From: Nitrospiria bacterium
Lineage (GTDB): Bacteria; Nitrospirota; Nitrospiria; JACQBZ01
Length of the DNA stretch: 49,192 nt
Direction of reading: 5' to 3'
Assembly: GCA_919901335.1 (NCBI GenBank)
Contig: CAKKOZ010000088.1
Span: 34,291-83,482, forward strand
The notes under the pieces are model-generated. The model was not told the origin of the DNA and did no database searches. It worked only from the letters and a program-made list of their open reading frames with translations. The position numbers were made by a program, and so were the translations under genes. Positions 25,644 to 34,851 of the stretch are shown one piece after another (the stretch's first letter is position 1; each line of letters starts with the position of its first letter).

Positions 25644-25754
25644 ATTTAGAGAGGCGATATAGTCCTAAGGAGGACGGTTGTCGAATCCTTCCTGTTTTAT
25701 GCAGATACTGGCAATTTTGATGCCTTTTCCCGCTGAGTTGAGGGTGGTTCAAAC

Positions 25755-26732
25755 GTGTTAACGGTGGAGCCATATCTCTCGGTTTCTGTGGTAATTCCCG
25801 CATGGAACTCCAGAGAAACAATTGGGTCCTGTATTAAATCCTTTATTTCACAATTATACCGTCCGTGTGAAATTATCGTAGTAAACGACGGTTCGACGGA
25901 TGATACTGCTAATGTAGCAGCATCATTTTCATCCTGTGATTTGCCAGTCAGGTTAATTTCGCTGAATGTTAACTCCGGGCCTGCCCATGCAAGGAACGTC
26001 GGAATTCGATCCGCCAAGGGAGAGGTGATCTGTTTTGCTGAAGCGGATGGAATCTACGGTATTACGTATCTAAGCAGAACAATAACGGCTCTTAAGCTTA
26101 CCGGTGAAAAGATTTATTCCGGTGGCATCTTGAAGATCTGCTGGAGAAAGGATGAACATTGGGCGGCTTTCTGGAATGCAATTTTTGAAGCTCGTTGGCA
26201 TCTTATTATGACAGGTCAAATACCACCAAGAGGGGGATGGGTGTTTTACAAAAAATCCTTGGAAGATGTCGGTTATTATGACGAATCTTTAAGGCAAGGT
26301 GAAGATACGGAACTGATACTTCGTTTGAATCGTAACGGCTATAAGCCTAGTTTGGCTTTCAGAGTCTTCTTTTATCATATGGAACCACAATCGATTCGAG
26401 ATGTCTGGAAGAGGTTTTTTAAGGCTGGGGCAGGAGGTCTATCTTATAGGATGAGTCGTGGCAGTTTACTGCAAGACAGCTTTTTGTCCTGTGTGATTGT
26501 TGTGTGCTTAATTCTGTTTCCTGTTAATCTGATAATGATACCGGTTGTGGTGATGACTAATCGAGAAAGTCGAGTTGGGTGGATAAGATTGCTTCGAAAG
26601 GTCAGAAGAGGGCAGATTACGATGGGCCAAGCCGTCCTCTTTCCATTTCGCTATTTCTATGTAAAATTGGCCGTTGCTTGCGGCTTGATTTATGGACTGT
26701 TCAAAAGAAGCTATCAAATGGATTGGACATAA
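25755..26732 (+). CDS. GT2 glycosyltransferase with two C-terminal TM helices (GtrB/ArnC-like architecture), low-GC gene
   Basis: VSVVIPAWNSRETI...IIVVNDGSTDDT. C-terminal hydrophobic segments are FLSCVIVVCLILFPVNLIMIPVVVM and VLFPFRYFYVKLAVACGLIYGLF. GTG start. Hand counts give 43-45% GC. Confidence 0.7.
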   Translation: MLTVEPYLSVSVVIPAWNSRETIGSCIKSFISQLYRPCEIIVVNDGSTDDTANVAASFSSCDLPVRLISLNVNSGPAHARNVGIRSAKGEVICFAEADGIYGITYLSRTITALKLTGEKIYSGGILKICWRKDEHWAAFWNAIFEARWHLIMTGQIPPRGGWVFYKKSLEDVGYYDESLRQGEDTELILRLNRNGYKPSLAFRVFFYHMEPQSIRDVWKRFFKAGAGGLSYRMSRGSLLQDSFLSCVIVVCLILFPVNLIMIPVVVMTNRESRVGWIRLLRKVRRGQITMGQAVLFPFRYFYVKLAVACGLIYGLFKRSYQMDWT

Positions 26733-26735
26733 ATC

Positions 26736-28232
26736 ATGCTCAGGCAGGTCATCGAGATATCATCCGGGAGCAGCCTTGGCAAGCTTTTGGGATTATTCCG
26801 TGAGATTTTGTTCGCCTCTTTTTTTGGCACAACGTCTACGGCAGACGCTTACCGCGCTGCCTTTACGACCACTCTTTCGTCAAATCTCCTCATCAGCGAA
26901 ACCCTCGCCTCAGCCTTTGTCCCCCTATTCCGGCAGGACCGGGAAACCAATGCGCGGCGGGCTTGGTCCCTGTTCAACGGACTGGGAGTTTTACTAATCC
27001 TTCTTTCGATCGCGATTGGGGCGGTTCTCTATGTCGGGGCCTGGACTTGGGTTACATGGATTTTCCCGGGTTTTTCCGGTGAACGGCTTGAATTGACGGT
27101 TTATATGCTCCAGGTGATGGCAATAGGGATGCCGTTTTATACTGCGTCGTCCATTCTGATCAATCTGATGATGGCAGCTTCTGATTTCCATCTGACGTCT
27201 ATCCGCGCCTTTGTGCAAAATATTGGGGTGATCATCGCGCTCATCATCGCGTTCCTATGGGGGCGACCGGTCTGGATTGCATGGGGGTTTACGGGCACTT
27301 ATCTTATTTTTTTTGTTTACGGAATTGGTTGGCTTCTAAAAAGTGGAATCTTGGAATCTGGTTGGTATCGGCATTGGGTGGATCTCAGGTCTGTGGCGAA
27401 ACGGTTCTGGACCGCGGTAAGGCCGCTGGCGTTTCTTTCGGTCTTGGTGCAGGGGAACATCCTTCTTGAAAAGGCAATCGCCTCGCTGATCGGCCCCGGA
27501 GCGGTTGCGACGATCGACTACGCACGATTGATTCCGGAAACGATGCAGGTCCTGGTGGTCGTGCCGATCGGCCTGGTCAGCCTGGCCGCCATGGGGAACT
27601 TTAAAGACGAGGAAGTTCGCGAGCGGACGGACCGGATATCCGCCATGATTTTGCTCGTGCTTATCCCTTTAAGCGGTTTTGTGCTGGTGGCGGCGCCGAG
27701 CCTCATCCGGCTGCTTTACGCCAGAGGGGCGTTCGATGAAGCTTCCGTGATTCAGACCTCACAGGCGCTCCGTGGAATGGCGGTCGGGATGTGGGCCTTC
27801 TGTCTCGCATACGTGCTGCAAAAGATCTACAATGCCCGGATGAGGAACCGCGAGGTGCTTCGCATCGCGGGCATCGCCGTTCTGGCCAATGCGATCTTCA
27901 ATCTCGTCTTCTACCGGCATCTCGGCCTCCTGGCGATCGGTCTGGGATTCAGTTTGGGGGGAATCGTGATGACCTGGTTTTATGTGCGGGGAATGGGCGG
28001 ACTTGATCGGACGCGGCAGATCGCCTGGATGACCCTTCTGGCAGCAGCCCCTTATGCCTTGATCGGGTTTCTGCTGAGTCAGTACGGCTCCGTTCCTCTT
28101 TTGGATCTGTCCGTACAGATCGTGTGGGCCGTTATCTTTTGGTTCACCGTGCTCGGGTCGTTTCCCTTATCCCGCCAACTGCTGCGGCAGTTCTCAAAAC
28201 GGCTGATCTCGGTAAGGACGCCGGACCCATGA
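26736..28232 (+). CDS. MurJ/MviN-family (MOP superfamily) lipid-linked glycan flippase
   Basis: 498 aa and polytopic. The N-terminal GKLLGLFREILFASFFGTTSTADAYRAAF matches the MurJ signature region. Confidence 0.7.
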   Translation: MLRQVIEISSGSSLGKLLGLFREILFASFFGTTSTADAYRAAFTTTLSSNLLISETLASAFVPLFRQDRETNARRAWSLFNGLGVLLILLSIAIGAVLYVGAWTWVTWIFPGFSGERLELTVYMLQVMAIGMPFYTASSILINLMMAASDFHLTSIRAFVQNIGVIIALIIAFLWGRPVWIAWGFTGTYLIFFVYGIGWLLKSGILESGWYRHWVDLRSVAKRFWTAVRPLAFLSVLVQGNILLEKAIASLIGPGAVATIDYARLIPETMQVLVVVPIGLVSLAAMGNFKDEEVRERTDRISAMILLVLIPLSGFVLVAAPSLIRLLYARGAFDEASVIQTSQALRGMAVGMWAFCLAYVLQKIYNARMRNREVLRIAGIAVLANAIFNLVFYRHLGLLAIGLGFSLGGIVMTWFYVRGMGGLDRTRQIAWMTLLAAAPYALIGFLLSQYGSVPLLDLSVQIVWAVIFWFTVLGSFPLSRQLLRQFSKRLISVRTPDP

Positions 28233-29416
28233 AGGATATGTCGAAAGACGTTATTCTTTTCTCCACGGCGGATTGGGACAATCCGTTCTGGACCAACAAG
28301 CAGCACATGGCGGTCGGGTTGGCCGGGCATGGGTTCCGGATCTTCTATGTGGAATCCCTTGGGCTCCGAAAACTTACCATGACCTGGAGGGATATCTTCC
28401 GGATCATGAAACGGCTCAAGAAGGGGATGGGCGGTTTCCGAGAGGTTCAAAAAAATATCTACGTGTATTCTCCCCTGGTTTTGCCGATCCATGGAATCTC
28501 TTCGATCCGGCGGATGAATGCCGGAATCCTGCGGGCCCAGATCCGGCGGCATCTGACCCGGCTTCATTTTCGTGAACCCATCTTCTGGACCTACAATCCA
28601 CTTACGGCGACTTTCGCCGGCGAATTTAACGAAGCCCTTCTTGTTTACCACTGCGTGGATGACCTGTCCGCCTCTCCAGGAATGCCGGTGGGGGTGATCA
28701 CGGCGGCAGAGGAACAGCTGGTCCGAAAAGCAGACCTGGTATTCACAACAAATCCAAACCTGCAGGAGACGCGCTCACGTTGGAATCCGGCGAACACACA
28801 CTACTTTCCGAATGTGGCGGACTTTGACCACTTCTCCAAAGCCCGGAGACCCTGGCCCATTCCCCATGACATCGAGAATATCCCGAAGCCCCGGATTGGG
28901 TTTGTGGGGGCGATCAGCGACTATAAAGTGGATTTTGAGTTGATTTCTCACATCGCAGAGGTCCGACCCGACTGGCACTGGGTTCTCATCGGACAGGTTG
29001 GGGAAGGGCAGATCGGAACCTCGATCGACTCATTGCTCCGACCCAATATCCATCTGCTGGGGCCGAAGTCTTATCAGATCTTGCCGGATTACCTTAGAGG
29101 GTTTGATGTGGCTGTTCTGCCTATACAGAAAAACAATTATACTGCCTCCATGTTTCCAATGAAATTTTTCGAGTACTTGGCATCGGGAAGAACGGTGGTG
29201 GCCACGGATCTGCCTGCGCTGCGGGAGTACGCAGATGCTTGTATCATCACCCATACCCCGGAAGGGTTCATCCAAGGAATTGAGGATGTCCTCCATGGAA
29301 AGGTCCCGGACCCGAAACGGTGTCTGGAGCTGGCCCAACAACATACCTGGGAAAAGCGTCTCGACTGGATGATGGAGTTGCTGGTCAAGACATGGGAACA
29401 AAAGCATGGATCTTAA
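28229..29416 (+). CDS. GT-B fold glycosyltransferase (group 1 / TuaH-like)
   Basis: The ATG at 28229 overlaps the murJ-like stop (ATGA). Segments include ILFSTADWDNPFWTNKQHMA and a C-terminal FPMKFFEYLASGRTVVATDLPALRE (EX7E-like region). Confidence 0.7.
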   Translation: MKDMSKDVILFSTADWDNPFWTNKQHMAVGLAGHGFRIFYVESLGLRKLTMTWRDIFRIMKRLKKGMGGFREVQKNIYVYSPLVLPIHGISSIRRMNAGILRAQIRRHLTRLHFREPIFWTYNPLTATFAGEFNEALLVYHCVDDLSASPGMPVGVITAAEEQLVRKADLVFTTNPNLQETRSRWNPANTHYFPNVADFDHFSKARRPWPIPHDIENIPKPRIGFVGAISDYKVDFELISHIAEVRPDWHWVLIGQVGEGQIGTSIDSLLRPNIHLLGPKSYQILPDYLRGFDVAVLPIQKNNYTASMFPMKFFEYLASGRTVVATDLPALREYADACIITHTPEGFIQGIEDVLHGKVPDPKRCLELAQQHTWEKRLDWMMELLVKTWEQKHGS

Positions 29417-30569
29417 GGTCGCTTTGATCCATGACTGGCTGACCGGGATGCGGGGCGGGGAGCGATGCCTGGAGGTCTTTTGCGAATTATTTCCCGATGC
29501 CGATCTCTTTACCCTGCTTCATCATCCAGGGACGGTTTCACCCATGATCGAAAAGCATTTGATCCGCACGAGCCTCATCCAGCGCCTGCCGTTCTCCCGG
29601 CGGGCCTATCGTTACTACCTTCCGATTTTTCCGCGGGCCATTGAATCATTCGATCTTTCCGGGTATGATTTGGTTCTCAGCTCAAGCCACTGTGTGGCCA
29701 AGGGGGTTCGTGTTCCATCCAACGCGTGTCATATTAGTTACCTCCATACGCCGATGCGTTATATCTGGGACCAGTACGAGCATTACTTTGGAAAAGGACG
29801 TGCCGGTCGGCCGGTTCAAAGCATGATGCGCTTTCTCCGCCCTCGGTTACAACGTTGGGATGTTAGATCAAACGGCAGTGTCTACGCCTTCATTGCCAAC
29901 TCTCGTCACGTGGCGGAGCGGATTAAAAAATACTACGGGAGGACGGCCGAGGTGATCTACCCTCCGGTGGATTTTCAGGCCTTTTCTTCATCGAACCGGG
30001 ACGATGGATTCTATCTCATGGTGACTGCCTTCGCCCCTTACAAGCGGGTGGATCTGGCGGTTGAGGCCTTCAACCGGTTAAAGCGCCCTCTCAAGATCGT
30101 CGGCGCGGGCCAGGATGAAAAGCGCCTTCGAGCGATCGCCGGCCCCACCGTTGAATTCTTAGGATGGCGACCCGATTTCGAAATTCGGGAACTGTATGCC
30201 TCCTGCCGCGCCCTGATCTTTCCGGGCGAGGAAGATTTCGGGATCGTTCCATTGGAGGCGATGGCGTGTGGAAAACCGGTGATCGCCTACGGGAAGGGCG
30301 GGGCCCTGGAAACCGTGGTTCCATTACGGACGTCACGACCCGGCGGTCCAAAGCCGGAGGAGGCGGACCCTACCGGCCTGTTTTTTTATGAACAGACTCC
30401 GGAGGCATTGATCGAGGCGGTCCGTCTTTTTGAGGCCCATCGTGACCGGTTTGACCCGGTTCGGATCCGGGAGCATGTGAAGCCGTTCGACCGCACGAAT
30501 TTCAGAGAGAAGATCTTTCGTTACGTCCGGATGAAGCATCAGGAGTTCAGCGAGAGCCGTCATGCTTAA
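29406..30569 (+). CDS. GT4 family glycosyltransferase
   Basis: Begins MDLKVALIHDWLTGMRGGERCLEV. The C-terminal EDFGIVPLEAMACGKPVIAYGKGGALETV is a GT4 EX7E motif. It overlaps the previous gene by 11 nt. Confidence 0.8.
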   Translation: MDLKVALIHDWLTGMRGGERCLEVFCELFPDADLFTLLHHPGTVSPMIEKHLIRTSLIQRLPFSRRAYRYYLPIFPRAIESFDLSGYDLVLSSSHCVAKGVRVPSNACHISYLHTPMRYIWDQYEHYFGKGRAGRPVQSMMRFLRPRLQRWDVRSNGSVYAFIANSRHVAERIKKYYGRTAEVIYPPVDFQAFSSSNRDDGFYLMVTAFAPYKRVDLAVEAFNRLKRPLKIVGAGQDEKRLRAIAGPTVEFLGWRPDFEIRELYASCRALIFPGEEDFGIVPLEAMACGKPVIAYGKGGALETVVPLRTSRPGGPKPEEADPTGLFFYEQTPEALIEAVRLFEAHRDRFDPVRIREHVKPFDRTNFREKIFRYVRMKHQEFSESRHA

Positions 30570-31965
30570 AAAACACGGCGATTTTTTTAAATCCCTCTTT
30601 TTCATCATGGATCTGCTCCTGATTTCCGCGGCCTGGTTGTCGGCTTATGCGCTGCGTTTTTATACGGATCTGATCCCCGTGACGAAGGGGGTTCCTTTTT
30701 TTTGGTCCTACCTTACTCTGCTGCCCGGGGTCCTGATCATCTGGGGAATCGTCTTTAAAGCTTTCGATCTCTATCGTCCCCGTCGCATCTCCACCCATCT
30801 CTCGGAAGTCTGGGACATGACGAAGGCCTGCAGCCTGGCGACGCTCATGGTCGTCGCTTTGAGTTTCTTTTTAAGGCAGTTTGAATATTCACGGTTGGTT
30901 TTGATTCTCTTCTGGGGTTTGAGCATCGTGTTCATGACCCTCAGTCGCTGGACGTCCCGCGAGATCCTCCGGTTTCTTCGTAAAAAGGGATACAACCAAC
31001 GGTATGCGCTGATCGTCGGCGCCGGAACGTTGGGTCAGGAGTTGGCGGCCAAGCTCCATCGCCACCGCGAGTTAGGCGTGCGAGTGATCGGCTACCTGAC
31101 CCGCAAGCGGGAAAAGGTCGGGCAGGAGCTCCGAGAGATCAAGGTGCTGGGCAGCTATGATGAACTTCCGGAGATCCTTGCAAGCCATCCGGTGGACCAG
31201 ATCTTTCTGGCGCTTCCGCATGAGGCATACACCCATGCTGAAAAGATCATCCGGTACCTTCAAGATCAGACGGTGGACGTCCGGATCGTTCCGGACCTGC
31301 TCCAGTTCATGACGATCGGAGGACAGGCTGAGCTGTTCGAAGGGCTGCCGATCGTTACGCTGCAGGCCACGCCGTTGTACGGCTGGAACCGGATCATCAA
31401 ACGCGCCGCCGATACATTCCTGTCGGTCTTTATGCTACTGCTGATCTCTCCGTTGATGCTGCTGATCGCGATCCTGATCAAATGGGTATCACCCGGGCCG
31501 GTCCTGTACCGTCAGAAGCGGATGGGTTACGACGGCTGCGTCTTCGAGATGCTGAAATTTCGCACCATGCGGGTGAACGCGGAGGAGGAGACGGGCGCCG
31601 TCTGGGCCCGGCCCGACGATCCGCGGCGCACCCTGTTGGGGAGTTTTCTACGCCGGACCAGCCTGGACGAGCTGCCGCAGTTCTGGAACGTGCTCAAAGG
31701 GGAGATGAGCATTGTGGGCCCGAGGCCGGAGCGCCCGGAGTTCGTCGCAAAATTCCGTGAGACGATCCCGAAATACATGCTTCGGCACAAGATCAAGGCC
31801 GGTATAACGGGCTGGGCTCAGGTCAAGGGGCTGCGTGGGAACACCTCACTGGAGGAACGGATCAAATACGATCTTGAGTATATCGAGAGATGGTCGCTCG
31901 GATTGGACATCAAGATCATGTGGCTGACGCTTTGGAAGGGGCTCATTAATAAAAATGCCTACTAA
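30562..31965 (+). CDS. Undecaprenyl-phosphate hexose-1-phosphate transferase (WbaP/WcaJ-type initiating enzyme)
   Basis: 467 aa. It has N-terminal TM helices, a Rossmann-like linker (LIVGAGTLGQELA), and a catalytic domain KRAADTFLSVFMLLLISPLML...LKFRTM...DELPQFWNVLKGEMSIVGPRPERPEF. Confidence 0.85.
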   Translation: MLKKHGDFFKSLFFIMDLLLISAAWLSAYALRFYTDLIPVTKGVPFFWSYLTLLPGVLIIWGIVFKAFDLYRPRRISTHLSEVWDMTKACSLATLMVVALSFFLRQFEYSRLVLILFWGLSIVFMTLSRWTSREILRFLRKKGYNQRYALIVGAGTLGQELAAKLHRHRELGVRVIGYLTRKREKVGQELREIKVLGSYDELPEILASHPVDQIFLALPHEAYTHAEKIIRYLQDQTVDVRIVPDLLQFMTIGGQAELFEGLPIVTLQATPLYGWNRIIKRAADTFLSVFMLLLISPLMLLIAILIKWVSPGPVLYRQKRMGYDGCVFEMLKFRTMRVNAEEETGAVWARPDDPRRTLLGSFLRRTSLDELPQFWNVLKGEMSIVGPRPERPEFVAKFRETIPKYMLRHKIKAGITGWAQVKGLRGNTSLEERIKYDLEYIERWSLGLDIKIMWLTLWKGLINKNAY

Positions 31966-32728
31966 AACACTGTGGGTCCTTGGGGCCGTCCTTCTCGGCT
32001 CCCCGCTGGTCGCGGCCTCCTCATCCACGTTGCCGCCGTCTTTTTTATCCGGCGAGCGCCTGGTTTATGATATCAGCTGGGCCGGCTTTAATGTCGGACG
32101 GGGCATTCTTGAATCCGAAGCCGGCGAACCATGGAACGGCCGCGACGTTATCCGCGTCAGCTCCACCGCCATGTCCAACAAGTTGCTCTCGTATATCTTT
32201 CCCGTCAAGGACCGGATCGAATCCATCATCGACGCGAACGGGCTGTATCCGTATAAGATCATCGTGGACCAAAAACACGGCCTTCGCAAACGATACAAAG
32301 AAATCCAGTTCGACCAGGACGGGCACACGGCCTTGATGCTCGTCAAAGGCAAGGAGTCCAGGTTCGACGTCCCGCCGCAGGTTCAGGACATCCTATCCAG
32401 CCTGTATTATTTCCGGACCCTCCCTGTATTGGAGAGCGGAACCTCGGTCTTCATCGATGTCCACGAGAGTAAAAAGAACTGGAAATTGGAGATCAAAATC
32501 CTCGGCCGGGAGACGCTCAAGACCGTGCTCGGGAAGATTCCGACGGTCAAGGTCAAGGCGATCGTGCTGTTTGAGGGAATCCTGTGGGATAAAGGCGATC
32601 TCACCCTGTGGCTGACGGATGACGCCCGCCGCATTCCCATCATGATGAGCGGCAAGATCATGATCGGCTCCATCACCGCAACGCTGACCCAGGTCGAGCG
32701 GCAACCGCTTATCCCGGCTCCCTCATGA
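31955..32728 (+). CDS. Secreted DUF3108-like protein
   Basis: The signal peptide is MPTKTLWVLGAVLLGSPLVAASSS. GERLVYDISWAGFNVGRGILES and an overall beta-rich pattern are typical of DUF3108. Confidence 0.55.
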   Translation: MPTKTLWVLGAVLLGSPLVAASSSTLPPSFLSGERLVYDISWAGFNVGRGILESEAGEPWNGRDVIRVSSTAMSNKLLSYIFPVKDRIESIIDANGLYPYKIIVDQKHGLRKRYKEIQFDQDGHTALMLVKGKESRFDVPPQVQDILSSLYYFRTLPVLESGTSVFIDVHESKKNWKLEIKILGRETLKTVLGKIPTVKVKAIVLFEGILWDKGDLTLWLTDDARRIPIMMSGKIMIGSITATLTQVERQPLIPAPS

Positions 32729-33157
32729 ACAGGCCCGGTCCTGATAAATATCGGCCGCTCGTTTTGAGGTCTGGGCCTGGCGGGAGAATGCCGGTATCGG
32801 GATCTGGACCAGCTCGGGCGCAGGGGCCTTCGGGTCCGTAAAAAAATAGCCGCACTGGAAATTCACATCGGCCAGATCGCGCTCATCAATCGGAAAAGCC
32901 ACGCAGGGTTTGGGCCGTCCTTCGTAGACCATGCATCGTGGATTCTCATCCGTGCCGCCAAGGAACGGGCATTTGAAGACCAGCTTACAGCATTTGCCGC
33001 ACTGGACGCATTCCCCTCCCCGGTGCTGCCGGATCATCTGTTCGACGTATTGGGGCCGGACGGCGCAGAGAAAAAAACGGCGGATCTTATTGCCCAGCCG
33101 TGTCAGGTGGGTGGCGGAGGCGCTGCGCATCAATTTTCTCAGTTGCCGGTTCGTCAT
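32723..33157 (-). CDS. YkgJ-family Cys-cluster (zinc/iron-chelating) protein
   Basis: Contains CVQCGKCCKLVFKCPFL...NPRCMVYEGRPKPCVAFP. Confidence 0.7.
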   Translation of the reverse strand: MTNRQLRKLMRSASATHLTRLGNKIRRFFLCAVRPQYVEQMIRQHRGGECVQCGKCCKLVFKCPFLGGTDENPRCMVYEGRPKPCVAFPIDERDLADVNFQCGYFFTDPKAPAPELVQIPIPAFSRQAQTSKRAADIYQDRACS

Positions 33158-33298
33158 TAGGTCCTAAAGGAATCAGCCAAGTTGTCCTCTTTCTTAGCAT
33201 AGATAACGGTCCCAGTGCAATAATTTTTTTAATAAAACACTTGAACAATTACGCGAATTCATGTAAAAGAAGTGCTATTACAAACATTTCGGGAATAA

Positions 33299-34246
33299 AT
33301 GGGAATGGATCAAGGCGAGATCTGGGCCGTGGGCGGCGGCAAGGGCGGCACGGGGAAAAGCTTCCTGGCCGCCAATCTCGGAATTACCCTTGCCAATCAG
33401 GGAAAACGCGTCCTTCTGATTGATGCCGACCTCGGCTGCGCCAATCTCCACACCTGCCTCGGCATTGACTATCCGGAAGCAACGCTGTCGGATCTCCTCA
33501 CCGGCCGGATCAAGCGGATCGAACAGGCCATTGTCCCGACCGGAATCACCCGTCTCGGCCTTATCAGCGGCGCGCAGGACATCCTGGCAATGGCCAATCC
33601 GAAACACGCGCAGAAGACGCGCCTCCTCAAGCAGATACAGGAACTGGACATGGAGTACATCATCCTGGACCTGGGCGCCGGCACGTCGTTTAACGTCCTG
33701 GACTTTTTCCTGATCGCCGATCAAGGCATCCTCGCGGTTTTGCCCGAGCCGACCTCGATCGAAAACGTCTATCGCTTTATTAAAAGCGTTTTCTACCGTC
33801 GGTTTCGGAAGATCGCACGGGAGGAGGCGGTGCGGGAGATCATCGCCCAGGCGATGGATCAGAAAAACGAGAATGGAATCAAGACGCCGTACGATCTGAT
33901 CAAACAGGTGGCCCGGATGGACGGCGCGGTCGGCGAGCTTCTGAAAAACGAGATGTACAGTTTCCGTCCGAAGCTGGTGGTGAACCAGGTCCGGTCGAAG
34001 GACGACATCACGCTCGGTTTCTCGATGCGAAGCTCCTGCACCCAATATTTCGGAATTACCGTGGAGTATATCGGATATGTGGAGTACGACGACCACGTTT
34101 GGCAGGCGACGAAGCGCCGCCGCCCGCTGGTGACCGAATATCCGATGTCCAGTTCGGCCCGCGGAATCAAGAGTGTGGCCGCCCGCCTTGTGACGCATGA
34201 ACAATTGACGATTGACTACCTGGTCGACACCGCGCCCCGGCGATGA
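33299..34246 (+). CDS. MinD/ParA-family P-loop ATPase
   Basis: The deviant Walker A is GGGKGGTGKS with the signature lysine. LLIDADLG and IILDLGAG are present. 315 aa. Confidence 0.8.
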   Translation: MGMDQGEIWAVGGGKGGTGKSFLAANLGITLANQGKRVLLIDADLGCANLHTCLGIDYPEATLSDLLTGRIKRIEQAIVPTGITRLGLISGAQDILAMANPKHAQKTRLLKQIQELDMEYIILDLGAGTSFNVLDFFLIADQGILAVLPEPTSIENVYRFIKSVFYRRFRKIAREEAVREIIAQAMDQKNENGIKTPYDLIKQVARMDGAVGELLKNEMYSFRPKLVVNQVRSKDDITLGFSMRSSCTQYFGITVEYIGYVEYDDHVWQATKRRRPLVTEYPMSSSARGIKSVAARLVTHEQLTIDYLVDTAPRR

Positions 34247-34851
34247 AGCCCCTTCGGGAACAAAACTTCTACGAACTCTTCGAGATCCCTGTGAGCGCGA
34301 CACGAGAGCAGATCGAGCAGGCCTATGCGCTGGCGAAGAAGACGTACGGGGAACAGTCGTTGGCGGCCTATTCGCTGTTTGATTCCGAGGAGCGGAAAGA
34401 GATCATCCGGAAAACTCATCTGGCGTATGAGACGCTTTCGGATGAGAACCGGAAAAAACAGTACGATCGGGACGTGCTGGGATTGGCGGTTCCGGAAAAG
34501 CCGCCGCAACCCGCCGGGCCCGTCAAGACGACACCGGCGGCCGCCGCATCCGAACCGCCCAAAGACATTGCCGCGCCGGTCGAGATCGAGTCGCTCACCG
34601 GCACCCTGCTCCGGCAGGTCCGTGAGCGGCGGGGCATTCCGCTGCAGGAGATCGCCGATAAGACTCGAATCAATATCACCTACTTTGAGTTTTTGGAGCG
34701 GAATCAGTATCGTTCCCTTCCGCCCTCCGTCTACCTTCGAAGCTATGTTCTCCAGTACGCCCGGATTTTGGGTCTCGATCCCGTCCGGGTCGCCGATCGG
34801 GTCTTGTTCCTTGTCGAACAATCCAAGGGTTCTGGGAAAAGATCCGTTTAA
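34243..34851 (+). CDS. Degenerate J-domain (no HPD) plus RodZ-type helix-turn-helix protein
   Basis: The N-terminus NFYELFEIPVSATREQIEQAYALAKKTYGE...AYETLSDENRKKQYD is a J-domain pattern with YGE in place of HPD. The C-terminus LLRQVRERRGIPLQEIADKTRINITYFEFLERNQY is an HTH as in RodZ. ATGA overlap with the ATPase gene. Confidence 0.6.
   Translation: MKPLREQNFYELFEIPVSATREQIEQAYALAKKTYGEQSLAAYSLFDSEERKEIIRKTHLAYETLSDENRKKQYDRDVLGLAVPEKPPQPAGPVKTTPAAAASEPPKDIAAPVEIESLTGTLLRQVRERRGIPLQEIADKTRINITYFEFLERNQYRSLPPSVYLRSYVLQYARILGLDPVRVADRVLFLVEQSKGSGKRSV

Noticed and set aside
21828-26735. Calling the two low-GC segments a mobile element or genomic island
   Set aside because: I could find no integrase, transposase, tRNA or flanking direct or inverted repeats. 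Only the compositional shift is observable, so they are reported as findings and not as mobile_element features.
33241-33269. Promoter for the MinD-like operon (TTGAAC-N17-TAAAAG)
   Set aside because: The hexamers are weaker than in the other candidates, and the TG does not sit at the extended -10 position. It is plausible but not supported well enough to list as a feature.
33278-34303. 341-aa ORF on the minus strand
   Set aside because: It lies exactly antisense to the MinD/ParA-like gene, whose + strand product has a clean deviant Walker A and family-wide motifs. The minus-strand product is Arg/Gly/Leu-rich with no motif. This is the typical shadow ORF of GC-rich DNA.
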